Shown here: positions 51,417 to 64,000 of the stretch, piece by piece
Layout: every line of letters starts with the position of its first letter
Numbering within the stretch: the first letter of the stretch is position 1
NCBI GenBank assembly: GCA_964016885.1
Contig: OZ024740.1
Coordinates: 282,100,001 to 282,164,000 of the forward strand
Direction: 5' to 3'
DNA length: 64,000 nt
Source of the DNA: Eledone cirrhosa
Taxonomy: Eukaryota
Made by a program: the position numbers and the translations under genes
The notes under the pieces: model-generated
The model's input: only the letters and a program-made list of their open reading frames with translations
The model's database searches: none
What the model was told of the DNA's origin: nothing

Positions 51417-51975
51417 GGTGGCTGCCAACTCGTTTTCGAGTACGGCCACTACTTTATATCCATGTAAGAGAACCCCTACCGATGCGCTGAACGAGTGTGA
51501 CTTTTTTAGTCCAGCCAGCGACTTGAAAACTCTGGTACAAACACTACACTTGTGACAATTATTGACACATAGTGCTGGGCCCATGGTACCATGTGACGAC
51601 AAGTGCAGAGAGATCTCCAGATATAAAGCAATGCCTGTGCCATGAAGTTTTTATAGTGAGCAAAGGCACTGCACAAAGCCAGTCTCACTCTCTTAGCCAA
51701 GATGATATTTACCAAAAAGAAGAACAAGACAACATCATTGGATACCATCAGGGTTGCAGGTGTTATATCAGAGTTTTCCTTCTCCCAGAATTCTGCCTTG
51801 ACAAAGGCTAAGGGGTCATCTCTCCCGGTGATTTTGGATGGCCATTGGCTCTTAAGAGCTCCTTTGCCCTTTGACAGGTTTTGTTTTTAGTCCTGCAGGA
51901 TGTCCAAAGTCACCCTCCTCACCAAGAAACCTTGGTGGGGTTGCCAGTTTAGTCGCCAACGACCCGTCCATGGGA
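51417..51975 (-). mobile_element. Short internally deleted RTE-derived element in (CATA)n
   Basis: RTE-like 5' leader (GGCGACTAAACTGGCAACCCC) joined to a C-terminal C2H2-like HKCSVCTRVFKSLAGL; flanked by CATA repeats. Confidence 0.5.
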
Positions 51976-52041
51976 CATACATACATACATACATTCATAC
52001 ATACATACATACATACATACATACATACATACATACATACA

Positions 52042-52069
<28 letters not shown>

Positions 52070-52073
<4 letters not shown>

Positions 52074-52620
52074 AAATGCAGACATAACAGACCAGATATT
52101 ATGATATGGGGCAGGGAAAAGAAAGCATGCACAGTAGTGGAAGTTAGATGCCAATATAATATCAAAGATTAGCGAAAAGGAGAATATTTATGCAAAGAAC
52201 TGATTAGAAATCTGCAGATACTCCATCCTGACTACACCTTAAGATTTATGCCTGTGATTATTGGGGCACTGGGGTATGTTAGTAACTGCCTCAATACAAA
52301 TCTTGAGAAGCTAGGCTTCACAGGAACAGAAAGAACACAACTAGTTAGGAAATTACAAGTACAATCCATTAATGGAACAGTAAAAATATGTAAAACATTC
52401 CAAACATTGTGCATCTAATAACTGCATATACACATGTTCAGATACAAAGCATATACACATGCACACATACAACTCATCTACACAAGCGTGCATGCAGACA
52501 TACATACATATCTACCTAGTTGATGTTGTGTAAATTCCAATGAGAGAGTCTTGTGTCTATGTTAGAAACCGACTCTCTCTCTATTGGTAAAAATTTGTGA
52601 AATTATAAAACCAGAAGAAC
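52070..52620 (+). mobile_element. 5'-truncated R4/Dong-like endonuclease end with (CATA)n tail
   Basis: CRHNRPDIMIW...VVEV; PVIIGALG; KLQVQSINGTVKICKTF. Confidence 0.8.
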
Positions 52621-52792
52621 ATACATACATACATACATACATACATACATACATACATACATACATACATACATACATACATACATACACACATGCATAC
52701 ATACACACATACACACACACACACATACATACATACATACATACATACATACATACATACATACATACATACATACATACATACATACATAC
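52620..52792. repeat. (CATA)n microsatellite (also at 51315-51416 and 51976-52070)
   Basis: Seen directly. Confidence 0.95.
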
Positions 52793-53329
52793 AGAGGAAA
52801 TTACAAACACGAATAATTGTAATTTTCTAATTATTCGTGTTTGTAATTTTCTATGTATGTATGTCTATGCATAGACACACACTCACACATATATATACAT
52901 ATATGTGTGAGTGTGTGTATATATACACATATACGATATATACAGACACACACAGGTATACACAGAAACACATACACAAAGAAACAAACAGAGACACACG
53001 CACACAGAAAGACACAGACATATTTTTCAAGCATGCATGATTGGTACCAATCACCAGGTATATTTACCTGAATGCAATAATGTTCACATGTAATGAACTT
53101 TTAAAGGTTTCACCAACATTTATTTTCTTTTTCGTCTAATAAGTGCGCCAAGAGTTACAAGCAATGGTTGTTATGGGGTTAAAATGCTAATCTGAAAGAA
53201 TTATGGGGTGTGGTAAAAATAATATTGTTTCTAGACATTCTCTTGTGGACTTGTCACGATATTGACTAATATACAGGCTTTTCCTCTCGGAAAAAAATAT
53301 TTCTTAGCTTTTTAATACTCATTCCATTA

Positions 53330-53830
53330 CATATACAGGTTTGTTCTGCTTTTGAGGACAACTTTTAATAGCTCTAACTTTTAATGGCACTAAAGAGGAC
53401 CAACGGTCATGCATACAATGGTTCTGGCAATTGTGATGTTTCTGGGAGTCGTGAGCAACGGTGGGTCTATCATGTCTTCTCAGTTCTTTCCTCGGGCTCA
53501 AGTGTCAACGCTGCTGATTATAAGGAGGCGCTGGAGATGTTATTGAGGTCTTAGATAGAGGGTGTGAAGAAAGTAACACCGTACATCTACTAACGAGATT
53601 CTATGCTGTCTCATTGAGGCCATCCATGACAACACAAGAATGGATAAGTTACAATATCCACGATTACATTACCCAAACCGTATGGCTTCCTAGCTAGCCA
53701 GACAAATCTATTGGACTACTACGTATGGGTCTTAAGTAGAGAAGAAAGACAATCAACGCCTCCATAGCACTCTAAAATCTTTGGACTTCGCCCTAACTAA
53801 CACAGTGTCCAAAATAGATAAAGATAATCT
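53330..53830 (+). mobile_element. Degenerate maT/Tc1-like transposase fragment
   Basis: VMFLGVVSN.G..M..FF, VNAADY, W.PS*PD.N.LDYYVW with many stops. Confidence 0.65.
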
Positions 53831-54702
53831 GATTATATTAATCTAATTCGTTTTACTGTATAACGTGTAATGTACATTATCTTAATAGATGAATTTAACA
53901 TGGGCGGTTCTCTGAATAATTTCTTTGAGTAATGAAGTTTCTACGCCAGCTAGTATATTGTATATTTACTTAGTGATTCTTTCATCACCACTTCAGCACA
54001 TATAATGAAGTCTGTGCTTTTTTAAGATTGGCTAATAAGTACTAATAATGTTTTTGGTTGTTTCCTGTAATTGCTGGAATAATTATAATAATACGTCATT
54101 CGCTATTATTGACTTTTCTTCATCGCATAATTACTTGTAATTTGCTTGTTTTATTGCTCACTGCATTATATATGTTGATTTAACCTAACTACTGGTTACC
54201 ATATATAGCAATTATCAGTCAACCTTCACAATTATAGGGAGAAGAATGAGAACCAATTGGAATAACATTAAATACTTGAAAAAATGCTTATAATATTTGA
54301 TACATACACAACTGTACAGAAACAGTAAAAAGGTAACTGAAGCTGTGTAAACCTGTAAATTAATTCACCTGGCACATGTAAACATGTTTTCAGTTCTATG
54401 AATCCACAGAGAAATAATCACCTGATGCTTTCATAAATCCATCAAATTTGGTAGTAATTGGAAATTACATATTGCATATATTGGTAGCTAATAATATTAG
54501 ATATTAATTTTTTATATGAAACTCTAAGCTTGTGTCCGGTTATTCACTTCTTTTCGTTTCGCGGAGAACTACTTAAATATAGACTAAATTTTACATGTCA
54601 AGTTTTACACACTTACTCAGAATCAAATATATCATGCACTGTTTCAGTAGAAATATATATCTATAATATCTCCTAGATACTTAATATACAACTAAATATA
54701 AT

Positions 54703-54871
54703 TGTTTCTACTTTTGGCACAAGGCCAGCAATTACCCAGTGTAATACTGGTACTTTATTTTATCGACCCCGTAAGGATGAAAGGCAAAGTTAACCTCGGC
54801 GGGATTTGAACTCAGAATGGCAAGGGCCGTAACTCAATGCGTCAAAGCATGGCGTCTGACCCTCTACCGAT
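54703..54871 (-). mobile_element. Same SINE family, with 13-bp TSD AACTAAATATAAT
   Basis: Similar to 19968-20151; TSD at 54690-54702 and 54872-54884. Confidence 0.92.
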
Positions 54872-55842
54872 AACTAAATATAATATTTATCTATATTTAT
54901 CTATTAACAATTTTACCTATAATAGACACTAGCAAATTCAAGAAATATAGTTACATATTCGGAAAGACAACTATTTCTATATAATTGCCGACAAGAAATT
55001 AGGAATATGTCTTATTGAGACTGGAATCAACTTTGGGATAATTTTATTTATCTTTATGTAGATTCGGTACAGTTTAGTAATTTCTAATATATGCAATTAA
55101 TGGATTAGCAGCATATTAATTAGCCTATGAAACAGATTGATTATTTGTGTCAATATCATATGGTCTCAAAACTCTACAAATATGTATATATATATATTAA
55201 TATTTAGAATATAAAAGCAAAACCATATTGCATTCTACTTTAGCAATGTTTTGAATAAATATATACTAGTCAATTAAATCAACTGCATGCATTCGCAAGA
55301 TATCTTAACGCAGTAAATTATAGTTTTAAAAAATGTTTTAATTTAGGATTATATTTCGAAAATCCATTGTTTAATGGAGTCAACGGATACAACATTGCAT
55401 TTAGTAAATAATATTTAGTAAATTTTATGCTTAAATGTACGCTATCATATACAACTTAAGTAATGTTATACTCTGTAAATAATTAAAAGCAACGATATCT
55501 GCGATGAATATGTCGGAGAACGATGTAGCTGTGTCGTAGAAATACTAAATGGTGCACTGTATAGCAGTCATTTCATTAATTGAGCAATGATGCAATTTAT
55601 AAGCTGAATAGTCCATCACCTTGCATCTTAGAATACTTAAGAGATTGTAGAAAAATATAATAGTACTTGGTTTAGAGAATGTTTTGTGTGAATAACAGCA
55701 ATATACAGTGAGTAAAACTGAAAACTTTATTATCTGAATCAAAGGAACAATAAGTGTTGTAGAATGTGTTAAATTAGATATCTGGAATAAGATATCTGGA
55801 ATATAAAATATTATTCAGCAAAGATTTCGTTAACTGATTCAG

Positions 55843-55897
<55 letters not shown>

Positions 55898-55924
55898 CAC
55901 ACATACATATTATATATGTGTATG

Positions 55925-55976
<52 letters not shown>

Positions 55977-56174
55977 TGGGGAGAAGTGAAAATGTGTGTA
56001 TGAATATAACCGTTTTCGTATTATTTTGAGTGATATTGAGATAACGACCAAAATATACATACCACGTAATACATAGTTTATGTATTGATGTGTCAAAATA
56101 TACTTATGTGCGTATGTTATAGTAATGTTTATAATTTCAGATGATCACTTAAACAAATATTTTGTCTGGTATTA

Positions 56175-56653
56175 TCAGATATTGATCTTGTTACAGATAA
56201 TTCCGTTAACTTTGTTAGTTAAAGACGTTTTAAGGGATTCAATATGATGGACATTAATGATATTTTCATCTTTGATAAAATAACGTAATCCGGTTGTTTC
56301 TTTAATATCGCCAAAGCTGATGGCAAAGTTTTCAACAGTATGATATAATAACTTATTAATTTGGCTTTGAAGAATCGATGATCTGAAGTTCATACTTTTA
56401 TGAGCAAAGAAAATGCCAACACGACAAATATTATTCAGTTTGTGGTTTCGTTTCCGTTTATGATGATCATCATACATATATTCTAAGGTTGAGCCATCTT
56501 CAAATATTGTTTCAAAGTCCATGGCACAACTGTGAAGAATGGATCGCTCTGCTCGCATTATTGCGTATAAAATATTCCCGCTCATTTTCTTGCCAAGATG
56601 GATATTATTTACAAGAAATATCATTTTAACTGGCAATGATCTGTCACAAAAAT
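56175..56653 (-). CDS. Terminal exon of paralogous VWA gene B (DFCDRSLPVKMIFLVNNIHLG...IICNKINI*)
   Basis: Within ORF 56175..56678; TCTTTCAG acceptor, phase 1; shares the IFxVNNIHLG and NFxSSxL motifs and a C-terminal Cys with the gene A terminal exon. Confidence 0.8.
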
Positions 56654-57474
56654 CTGAAAGATACCAAAGGAGAAACAAATAAAAACGATTGAAAATGATT
56701 TATAAAATGATTTATAAAATTATTTTTATGATTAATTTCAAACTAAATAAATACTTTTTAGGGCTCAGGTAAAGCAGCCCAATTGACCCTTTTAACGTGC
56801 CGTTGAAAGTGGTTAGGAAAATAAAAGTTGATATCACAATTCATCAGTTGCTATAGTGGAAAACAGCACAAGATACATAATTAACCTTAAATTAGAGACC
56901 TGGTTAAAATAATGCTTACAGCTGAATAAACTCTGCTAAAGATAAACAGGATTGTGGTAAACATTTTGATGCATTAAGAACACAACATGTAAACATGCAC
57001 AATTAAACCAAGAGGTTACTACAACACTCCAAAATAACAGGACCCTGACTTAATATATACATTATGAATTATAAGTAACCGGTCAGCCCAATAATTATAT
57101 TCCAAATGATAATATTTACTAAATATCTGATCATATATTACGAAATTATAAATACATCAAAGAAAAGTAGTCAAAAAAATACTATGGCTGATCACACACG
57201 AGGTGATGTTAAAAAAGTTATCTGTGAACCTTGCAATAAAAATGCGTAGACTTCTGGTAACTTATGACTCACCCTGTATATTTCATGCTTATCATAGTCA
57301 CTGAAGCGAGAAATAAATTAAATGTTACCAGCTTTTAGGATAGTTAGCTTTTAGGATAGAGCCTTGTCGATCAGTTATTGATGGCTTATATGAAAACTGT
57401 TTATTTATCATTACAGAAATATCTCATAAATTTCTCTTCATATAAAGTTGAGAATAAACGAGCGAAGGAGAAAC

Positions 57475-57968
<494 letters not shown>

Positions 57969-58459
57969 TGTCTATGTCTAGAAAAATATATAACTATTTC
58001 ACACAAATGCTTCTAAATCTTTATAATTATATGCATATATTTCTCAAAACATTGAAGGAAGGTGTGAACTAGTTTGTATCCTGGCACCGTTTCTTTGTGT
58101 ATTCATGTAGTCAAGACTGCGTCCACCAGGCAATGTAAATATTGTTTAAGAAACTGCAATATGGAATGTACAATACGATTCTGAATTTACTTTCTTTTAC
58201 AAGGAAAGCGTCCAACGACAGCCAGAGTCAAACGCATGAACAGATTTACCGCTTGCTTGCCAGGAAAGCCAAGGCGATATTTATAGATCCTTATGATCCA
58301 ATGAAGGGTATGCCATCCATTTATATATTTAAAGGTTAAAATCTGTTTTACTATGCGAAAAAAAAAATATATGTAAAAATGTTTGTGTTAGAAAAGAAAT
58401 TTAGTGAAAGGTGTATAAGTATGAATATCACTATCACAAGGAAATGAATATATATTTAA

Positions 58460-58645
58460 TAATTGTTTCTACTCTAGGCACAAAGCTAGCAATTACCCCA
58501 GTACATTACTGGCACTTTATTTTATTGACCCCGTAAGGATTAAAGGCAAAGTTAACCTCGGCGGGATTTGAACTCAGATCATAAAGGGTCGTAACTCTTT
58601 GCTGCTAAGCATGGTCTCTGACTCTCTACCGATACTGCCAATCCC
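58460..58645 (-). mobile_element. SINE copy
   Basis: Similar to 19968-20151. Confidence 0.85.
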
Positions 58646-59499
58646 CTATGCAAAGTTTGTGCATGTATACACATAGCTGTCTGGCTACGACAAAGTTAAG
58701 CATTCCACTGAAAACTGAAGTATTAAATAAACAGCACAATCAAATATGTAGCTGCAATTTCGTATTGTTCTTCTGTCACGATAGAAATTTTGCCTTTTAT
58801 AAGTGATTCTTTTTTGTGCTAGAGTTGACGATGTTGGAGTATTGGAGAGTCAATCAATTTCATTCGAAAATCCGTACGGGTTCGTATCTCATCGAACGTT
58901 TTGTACCATTCCAATCATGTCTATCCCATATTTGCTTAATTAAGTTGGGGGACACCATTTTGCACAAAATAAACGTTATATTAAACTGAAATAAAAACAA
59001 CAACAACACAAAAAAGGACGAAATATGTCGTTGCGAGTTCGTATCATTTAAATCTCAACATATAGTTTTCCCTTTCACATATTTGTACACATTGATAAAT
59101 ACATTAAGAAACACATGCACACACATATGCTTGCATTAGTAGAACACCGCCCAGAGATCAGTATTTCTGTTAGTACATATATAAAAACCGGTTGTTTACA
59201 TTAGTTTATACATACAACGTTTCTAAAAATCTATTGATATAGTAGAAAAAAGTATGATTACTATGTTATATATTTGGTTCATGACGCTACACTGTTTACA
59301 TCTCTGGATTGTAATCTATATAATAGGAGTCACGCTGATCCGACTGACACACTCAAACACAAACACTAACACTAACACTGTTATAATGATTGGCGCCAGA
59401 AATCAACATACAATTTGGCAACAGTTTTATCTTTCTGTCTGTCTACTTGTCCCTCTCTCTTCTATCATCTCTTTCTTCTGTTCTCCCCCACTCTCTCTC

Positions 59500-59508
59500 C
59501 CACACACG

Positions 59509-59544
<36 letters not shown>

Positions 59545-59600
59545 TATACACACACAATATCACACACACACACACACGATATCACACAAACACACACACG

Positions 59601-59632
<32 letters not shown>

Positions 59633-59813
59633 TATACACACACAATATCACACACACACACACACACACATACACACACACACACACATACACACATATA
59701 TATACACTTCGTTTTTGAATCTGTTTTGCAAGATTTCTTATCTGAAAACATGTGTTGAAACAGATATTGTTATACTTTGAGGGGACTCATGCTGCATGAC
59801 TCTCCCAAATTAT

Positions 59814-59877
<64 letters not shown>
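59500..59877. repeat. (CA)n-rich and (TA)n simple repeats
   Basis: Seen directly. Confidence 0.9.
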
Positions 59878-59880
<3 letters not shown>

Positions 59881-59900
59881 TGTATGTATTTATTTATATA

Positions 59901-60415
59901 TACGAAGGGGCTTCAAAAAGTTCATGGAAAAAGTACATACCTAAAAATCATATGCAGGTATTTTGATCTCAATGCATCTATACGTTCTCGTACTAACGTG
60001 TCATAAGATATTCTAACATGAACCCTTAAATGCATGTTGCAACGCGGCACCACCACTAGGAAGTCAGCACCCGCTTGGGCAACATAGCTTCCATCAAAAC
60101 ATTAAATTCATAGTGAAGCTATGGTGGAAGAACAGCCATATCATTGACGCTCTGGAACAAGTTTATGGGGACAAGACCCCAAAGAAATGAACAACCTATA
60201 AATGGATAAGCCGTTATAGAAGTGGAACAGATGAGGTTGAAGATGATCCCCAGTTGAAAATGTAAAATAAAACTGCTTTGACATGTCTTAAATAGCATGG
60301 ACATCAGTTTTATTCAGATGGACTTAAAGGCTTGTTAAACAATAAAGTTATATCTGTATAAATACAGAGTGGCTAACTTTTACAATCGTCGCTTTTCCTA
60401 ATTTGGTGAAGTAAT
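59901..60415 (+). mobile_element. Internally deleted mariner (irritans/Hsmar2-like)
   Basis: TA+CGAAGGGGCTTCAAAAAGTTCATGG terminus; NIKFIVKL.WKN..IIDALEQVYGD..PKK...YKWI.R...G.DEVEDD N-terminus. Confidence 0.7.
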
Positions 60416-60416
60416 A

Positions 60417-60662
60417 TAATTGTTTCTACTTTGGACTCAAGGCCAACAATTATCGCAGTGTATTACTGGTACTTTTGTCGATCGCAGTGTATTACTGGTA
60501 CTTTTATCGATCGCAGTGTATTACTGGTACTTTTATCGACCTCGTAAGGATGAAAGGCAACGTTAACATCGGCGGGATTTGAACTCTGAACGTAAAGGGC
60601 CGTAAGTCTATGCTACAAAGCATAGCATCAGATCCTCTACCAATACTGCCTATCCACCACCC
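60417..60662 (-). mobile_element. SINE copy with internal triplication of a 29-bp segment
   Basis: ATCGCAGTGTATTACTGGTACTTTT(G/A)TCG occurs three times at ~60452-60538. Confidence 0.85.
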
Positions 60663-60689
60663 TTTGCCAATAATACAAACAAACATTGT

Positions 60690-61650
60690 CTATCCCGTTC
60701 GTGAAACAGGGGTTATGCCCCAGTGACAAATAGTAATGAGCCACCAGGGGACTAAACCATTTGATCATTACTAATTTGGGGGCACTAAATCTTGAAAACG
60801 ATACACATTTTTTGCATCTTAGGTCTTGTTTTCGAAATATACCTCAAAAGCAGCATTTCATGAATCTTACAATCTTTCAGAACTATCCATTATTTATCGG
60901 GGCAAGTTTTACTATTACAACCTGAGTCATCATGTCTCGTATTTGTGTAAACAATCTGGACAATTTTTGTTACATTTGTGGCAAAATATATTTTACTGCA
61001 CAAAAGAGAACAATGACAAATATTGTTAGAAGAGTCTATCATCTTTATTTTGGGTGCAAAGTGGGTAAGCAAGACAGGAGTTGGGTCCCGCATAGGGGCT
61101 GTAATAACTGAGGAACAGATCCTCACCAATGGATGCAAAGGAAAAGAAAATCTAGGATTTTTACTGTACCAAAGGTTTGGCATGAGCTAACTAATCACGT
61201 TGGTGATTGTTACATTTGTATTGTACAACCAGCTCAGAAAGGACTTAAAAGAAAGAGGAAAGGAAATGTTGATTATCATGATATCCCTTGTGTCAGATGC
61301 ATAGTACAGCACAACAAAGAACTACCTACACTTGCGCCTCCAGAAATAATTCCTGTATTGAATAATGAAAAAGAGGACTTTGAAATACAGTTTAAACCTT
61401 CAACATCATATGATCTAAAATGCTTTAATATATCCAACAAATATACCACACATGTTAGGGAAAATGAAGTAACTTGTCGATGATGCCAGAGTGTGTTTAT
61501 CTAGAATTTGTGATAAATATATTGTGGGATGTACTGATGTCAATGACCTAATGACGACTTTATGCATTAAACACCATCCAGAACAGTAGAGATTATTCAG
61601 GGACTCATCCAAAGTCAGCCATAAGGGAGGTTTATTGTACATAGGTAATT
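60690..61650 (+). mobile_element. Degenerate Chapaev3-like (CMC) DNA transposase remnant
   Basis: FCYICG, YFGCKVGKQDRSWVPH, VPKVWHE.TNH..DCYIC, PEQ*RLF.DSSKVS...LLYIGN; family assignment is from memory of motifs. Confidence 0.65.
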
Positions 61651-61982
61651 GAATTCAATTTTATTTCCGATTTGATTGAAGCAGTAAAATATACTGACTC
61701 TCGTGTTATTTTCATTAACAATTATATGTGTTTGCTAAAAAGTATCCTTTCGAGTACAAACAAGACACGAGGAACACTATTTCAAGAGGACATTCAAAGA
61801 AATATGAAGAAAAAACATCTAAAGAAATTTAAATATGAAATATAAAATTAAAATATCAATGAGAGGAGAATGTAGTATTTTAGATCTAGCAATAGTATTT
61901 TGTATAAATAAATACATGAAATTTTCAATAACATCCTTTTAGAAATTTAGATTTTAAAAAAGAAATGCAAATTATACATTAC

Positions 61983-62024
61983 CTCTCCGAATTGGTGGCA
62001 AAGTATGGCGAGGTTTCGGGACAG
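61983..62024 (-). CDS. Gene B 42-nt linker mini-exon (xVPKPRHTLPPIRR)
   Basis: TTTTATTTATCAACAG acceptor, GTAAT donor, phase 1 to 1; a GC-richer island in AT-rich DNA; splices in frame to 56653. Confidence 0.65.
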
Positions 62025-63242
62025 CTGTTGATAAATAAAAACATTATTAGCAAGGAAAATTATACACTTCAGAATAATCACAATTATTAAGTTCTAAATT
62101 CAATCGGATCTGTAATTATGACAGTAAGTTTGAGGTATAATTTTTAACACGAGAACCATATTCTATAGAATAGCATGTTCTAAGACGTTAAAATGTTTAA
62201 ATCTAGTTATAATCATCTAAGCAATAGGCTCATATAACATACATTTATTTCATAGCCAACTTCAGAAAATACATCATTTATGGATCTATAGAACACAGAA
62301 CAAGGAATGACAATACGATTAGAAAGTTTCAGAGTAAAACTTTAACACGTGTTTGTTCATAATTTGTATATCAAAATTTGCACAAATGATGAATTAGTTG
62401 GCAAGGATGCGTGAGTGTGAGAATTATAATGGAGTGTCTGTAACCTAATGAATATATATTGTATGAAAACAATCTCAGAGGAGATCTAATTTTCCAGTTT
62501 TGAACCGGGGATTACATCCTTCATCGATATATGCCAGCAATATGTATATATCAGTTTTAACTTCAGCACTCGTGTTGATCGGGTGCGAGTACAGCAATTG
62601 TCAAGTATATCTGTGTCTAACCAAAATGAAATATCTCAGAACACGATGTGCATTCTTGGACCCAAATACGGACTGAGAAATTCCCACCCGTACATTTAAG
62701 AATAAAGAAAGAATTATAGAATGGATTTAATTTAATACCATTTGAAGATGATTTACGGCCATTCTTTACTATGATGGATAATATTGACGGATGTACTGAT
62801 GTCAATGGCCTAATGACAACTTTATGCATTAAACACCATCCAGAACAGTAGAGATTATTCAGGGACTCATCCAAAGTCAGCCATAAGGGAGGTCTATTGT
62901 ACATAGGTAATTGAATTCAATTTTATTTCCGATTTGATTGAAGCAGTAAAATATACTGACTCTAGTGTTATTTTCATTAACAATTATATGTGTTTGCTAA
63001 AAGTATCCTTTCGAGTACAAACAAGACACGAGGAACACTATTTCAAGAGGACATTCAAAGAAATATGAAGAAAGAAAATCCAAAAAATTCAAATGTGGAA
63101 TAGAAAAGAAAAATATCAATGAGAGGAGAATGTAGTATTTTAGATCTAGCAATAGTATTTTGTATAAATAAATACATAAAATTTTCAATAACATCCTTTT
63201 AGAAATTTAGATTTTAAAAAAGAATTGCAAATTATACATCAC

Positions 63243-63284
63243 CTTTCCGAGTGTGTGGCAAAGTATTGTGCGTTCTCGTGGGAA
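63243..63284 (-). CDS. Gene B 42-nt linker mini-exon, duplicated copy (xPTRTHNTLPHTRK)
   Basis: TTTTATTTATCTACAG acceptor, GTGAT donor, phase 1 to 1; same position in the second copy of the 1.26-kb repeat. Confidence 0.6.
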
Positions 63285-64000
63285 CTGTAGATAAATAAAA
63301 ACATTATTAGCAAGGAAATCTATACAGTTCAGAATAATCACCATTATTAAGTTCTACATTCAATCGGATCTGTAATTATGACAGTAAGTCTATAATTTAT
63401 AACATGAGAACCATAATCTATAGAATAGCATGTTCTAACAGGTTAAAATGTTTAAATCTAGTTATAATCATCTAAGAAATAGACTCGTATAACATACATT
63501 TATTTCATAGCCAACTTCAGAAAATACATCATTTATGCATTTATAGAACACAGAACAAGGAATGACAATACGATTAGAAAGTTTCAGAGTAAAACTTTAA
63601 CACGTGTTTGTTCATAATTTGTATATCAAAATTTGCACAAATAATGAATTAGGTGGCAAGGATGCGTGAGTGTGAGAATTATAATGGAGTGTCTGTAACC
63701 TAATGAAGAATATATATTGTATGAAAACAATCTCAGAAGAGATCTAATTTTCCAGTTTTGAACCGGGGATTACATCCTTCATCGATATATGCCAGCAATA
63801 TGTGTATATCAGTTTTAACTTCAGCACTCGTGTTGATCGGGTGCGAGTACAGCAATTGTCAAGTATATCTGTGCCTAACAAACATGAAATATCTCAGAAC
63901 ACGATGCGAATTCTTAGTTTGGAATACTTGCTTGGACCCAAATATGGACTGAGAAATTCCCACCCGTACATTTAAGAATAAAGAAAGAATTATAGAATGG

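Larger units (their letters stand above)
61527..64000. repeat. ~1262-bp tandem duplication (about 2 copies, running off the window), each with one mini-exon
   Basis: 61527-62788 aligns with 62789-64000 with few substitutions and small indels. Confidence 0.95.

Overview
AT-rich, repeat-dense eukaryotic DNA. The SINE families and microsatellite load suggest a cephalopod (Octopus-like); this is inference. The minus strand carries one complete 7-exon gene (TATA ~28295, ATG 28209, stop 2896; ~604 aa; signal peptide plus 3 VWA domains, the last degenerate) and the 3' end of a paralogous VWA gene (terminal exon 56175-56653, 42-bp mini-exons in a 1.26-kb tandem duplication at 61.5-64 kb). Introns and intergenic DNA hold decayed Dong/R4, Tx1, RTE, CRE-like and Penelope-like retroelements, mariner/maT/Chapaev3 DNA transposons and many tRNA-derived SINEs. 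The main finding lies between the genes: a 15.4-kb tandem array (31508-46932) of a ~466-546 bp monomer. Each monomer encodes a type I hammerhead ribozyme (30 copies, 21 on + and 9 on -) and an octamer motif (mutated in one copy). The array consists of two variant blocks, one nested in the (TA)n tract of the other. Each block is a head-to-head inversion with ribozyme-sense 3' ends facing outward into (TA)n DNA, the geometry expected if a self-cleaving, possibly circular, RNA was reverse-transcribed from both target strands (retrozyme-like). Four smaller hammerhead-bearing palindromic inserts beside (TA)n tracts show the same geometry. All structures were read by eye; no folding, search or read mapping was run.
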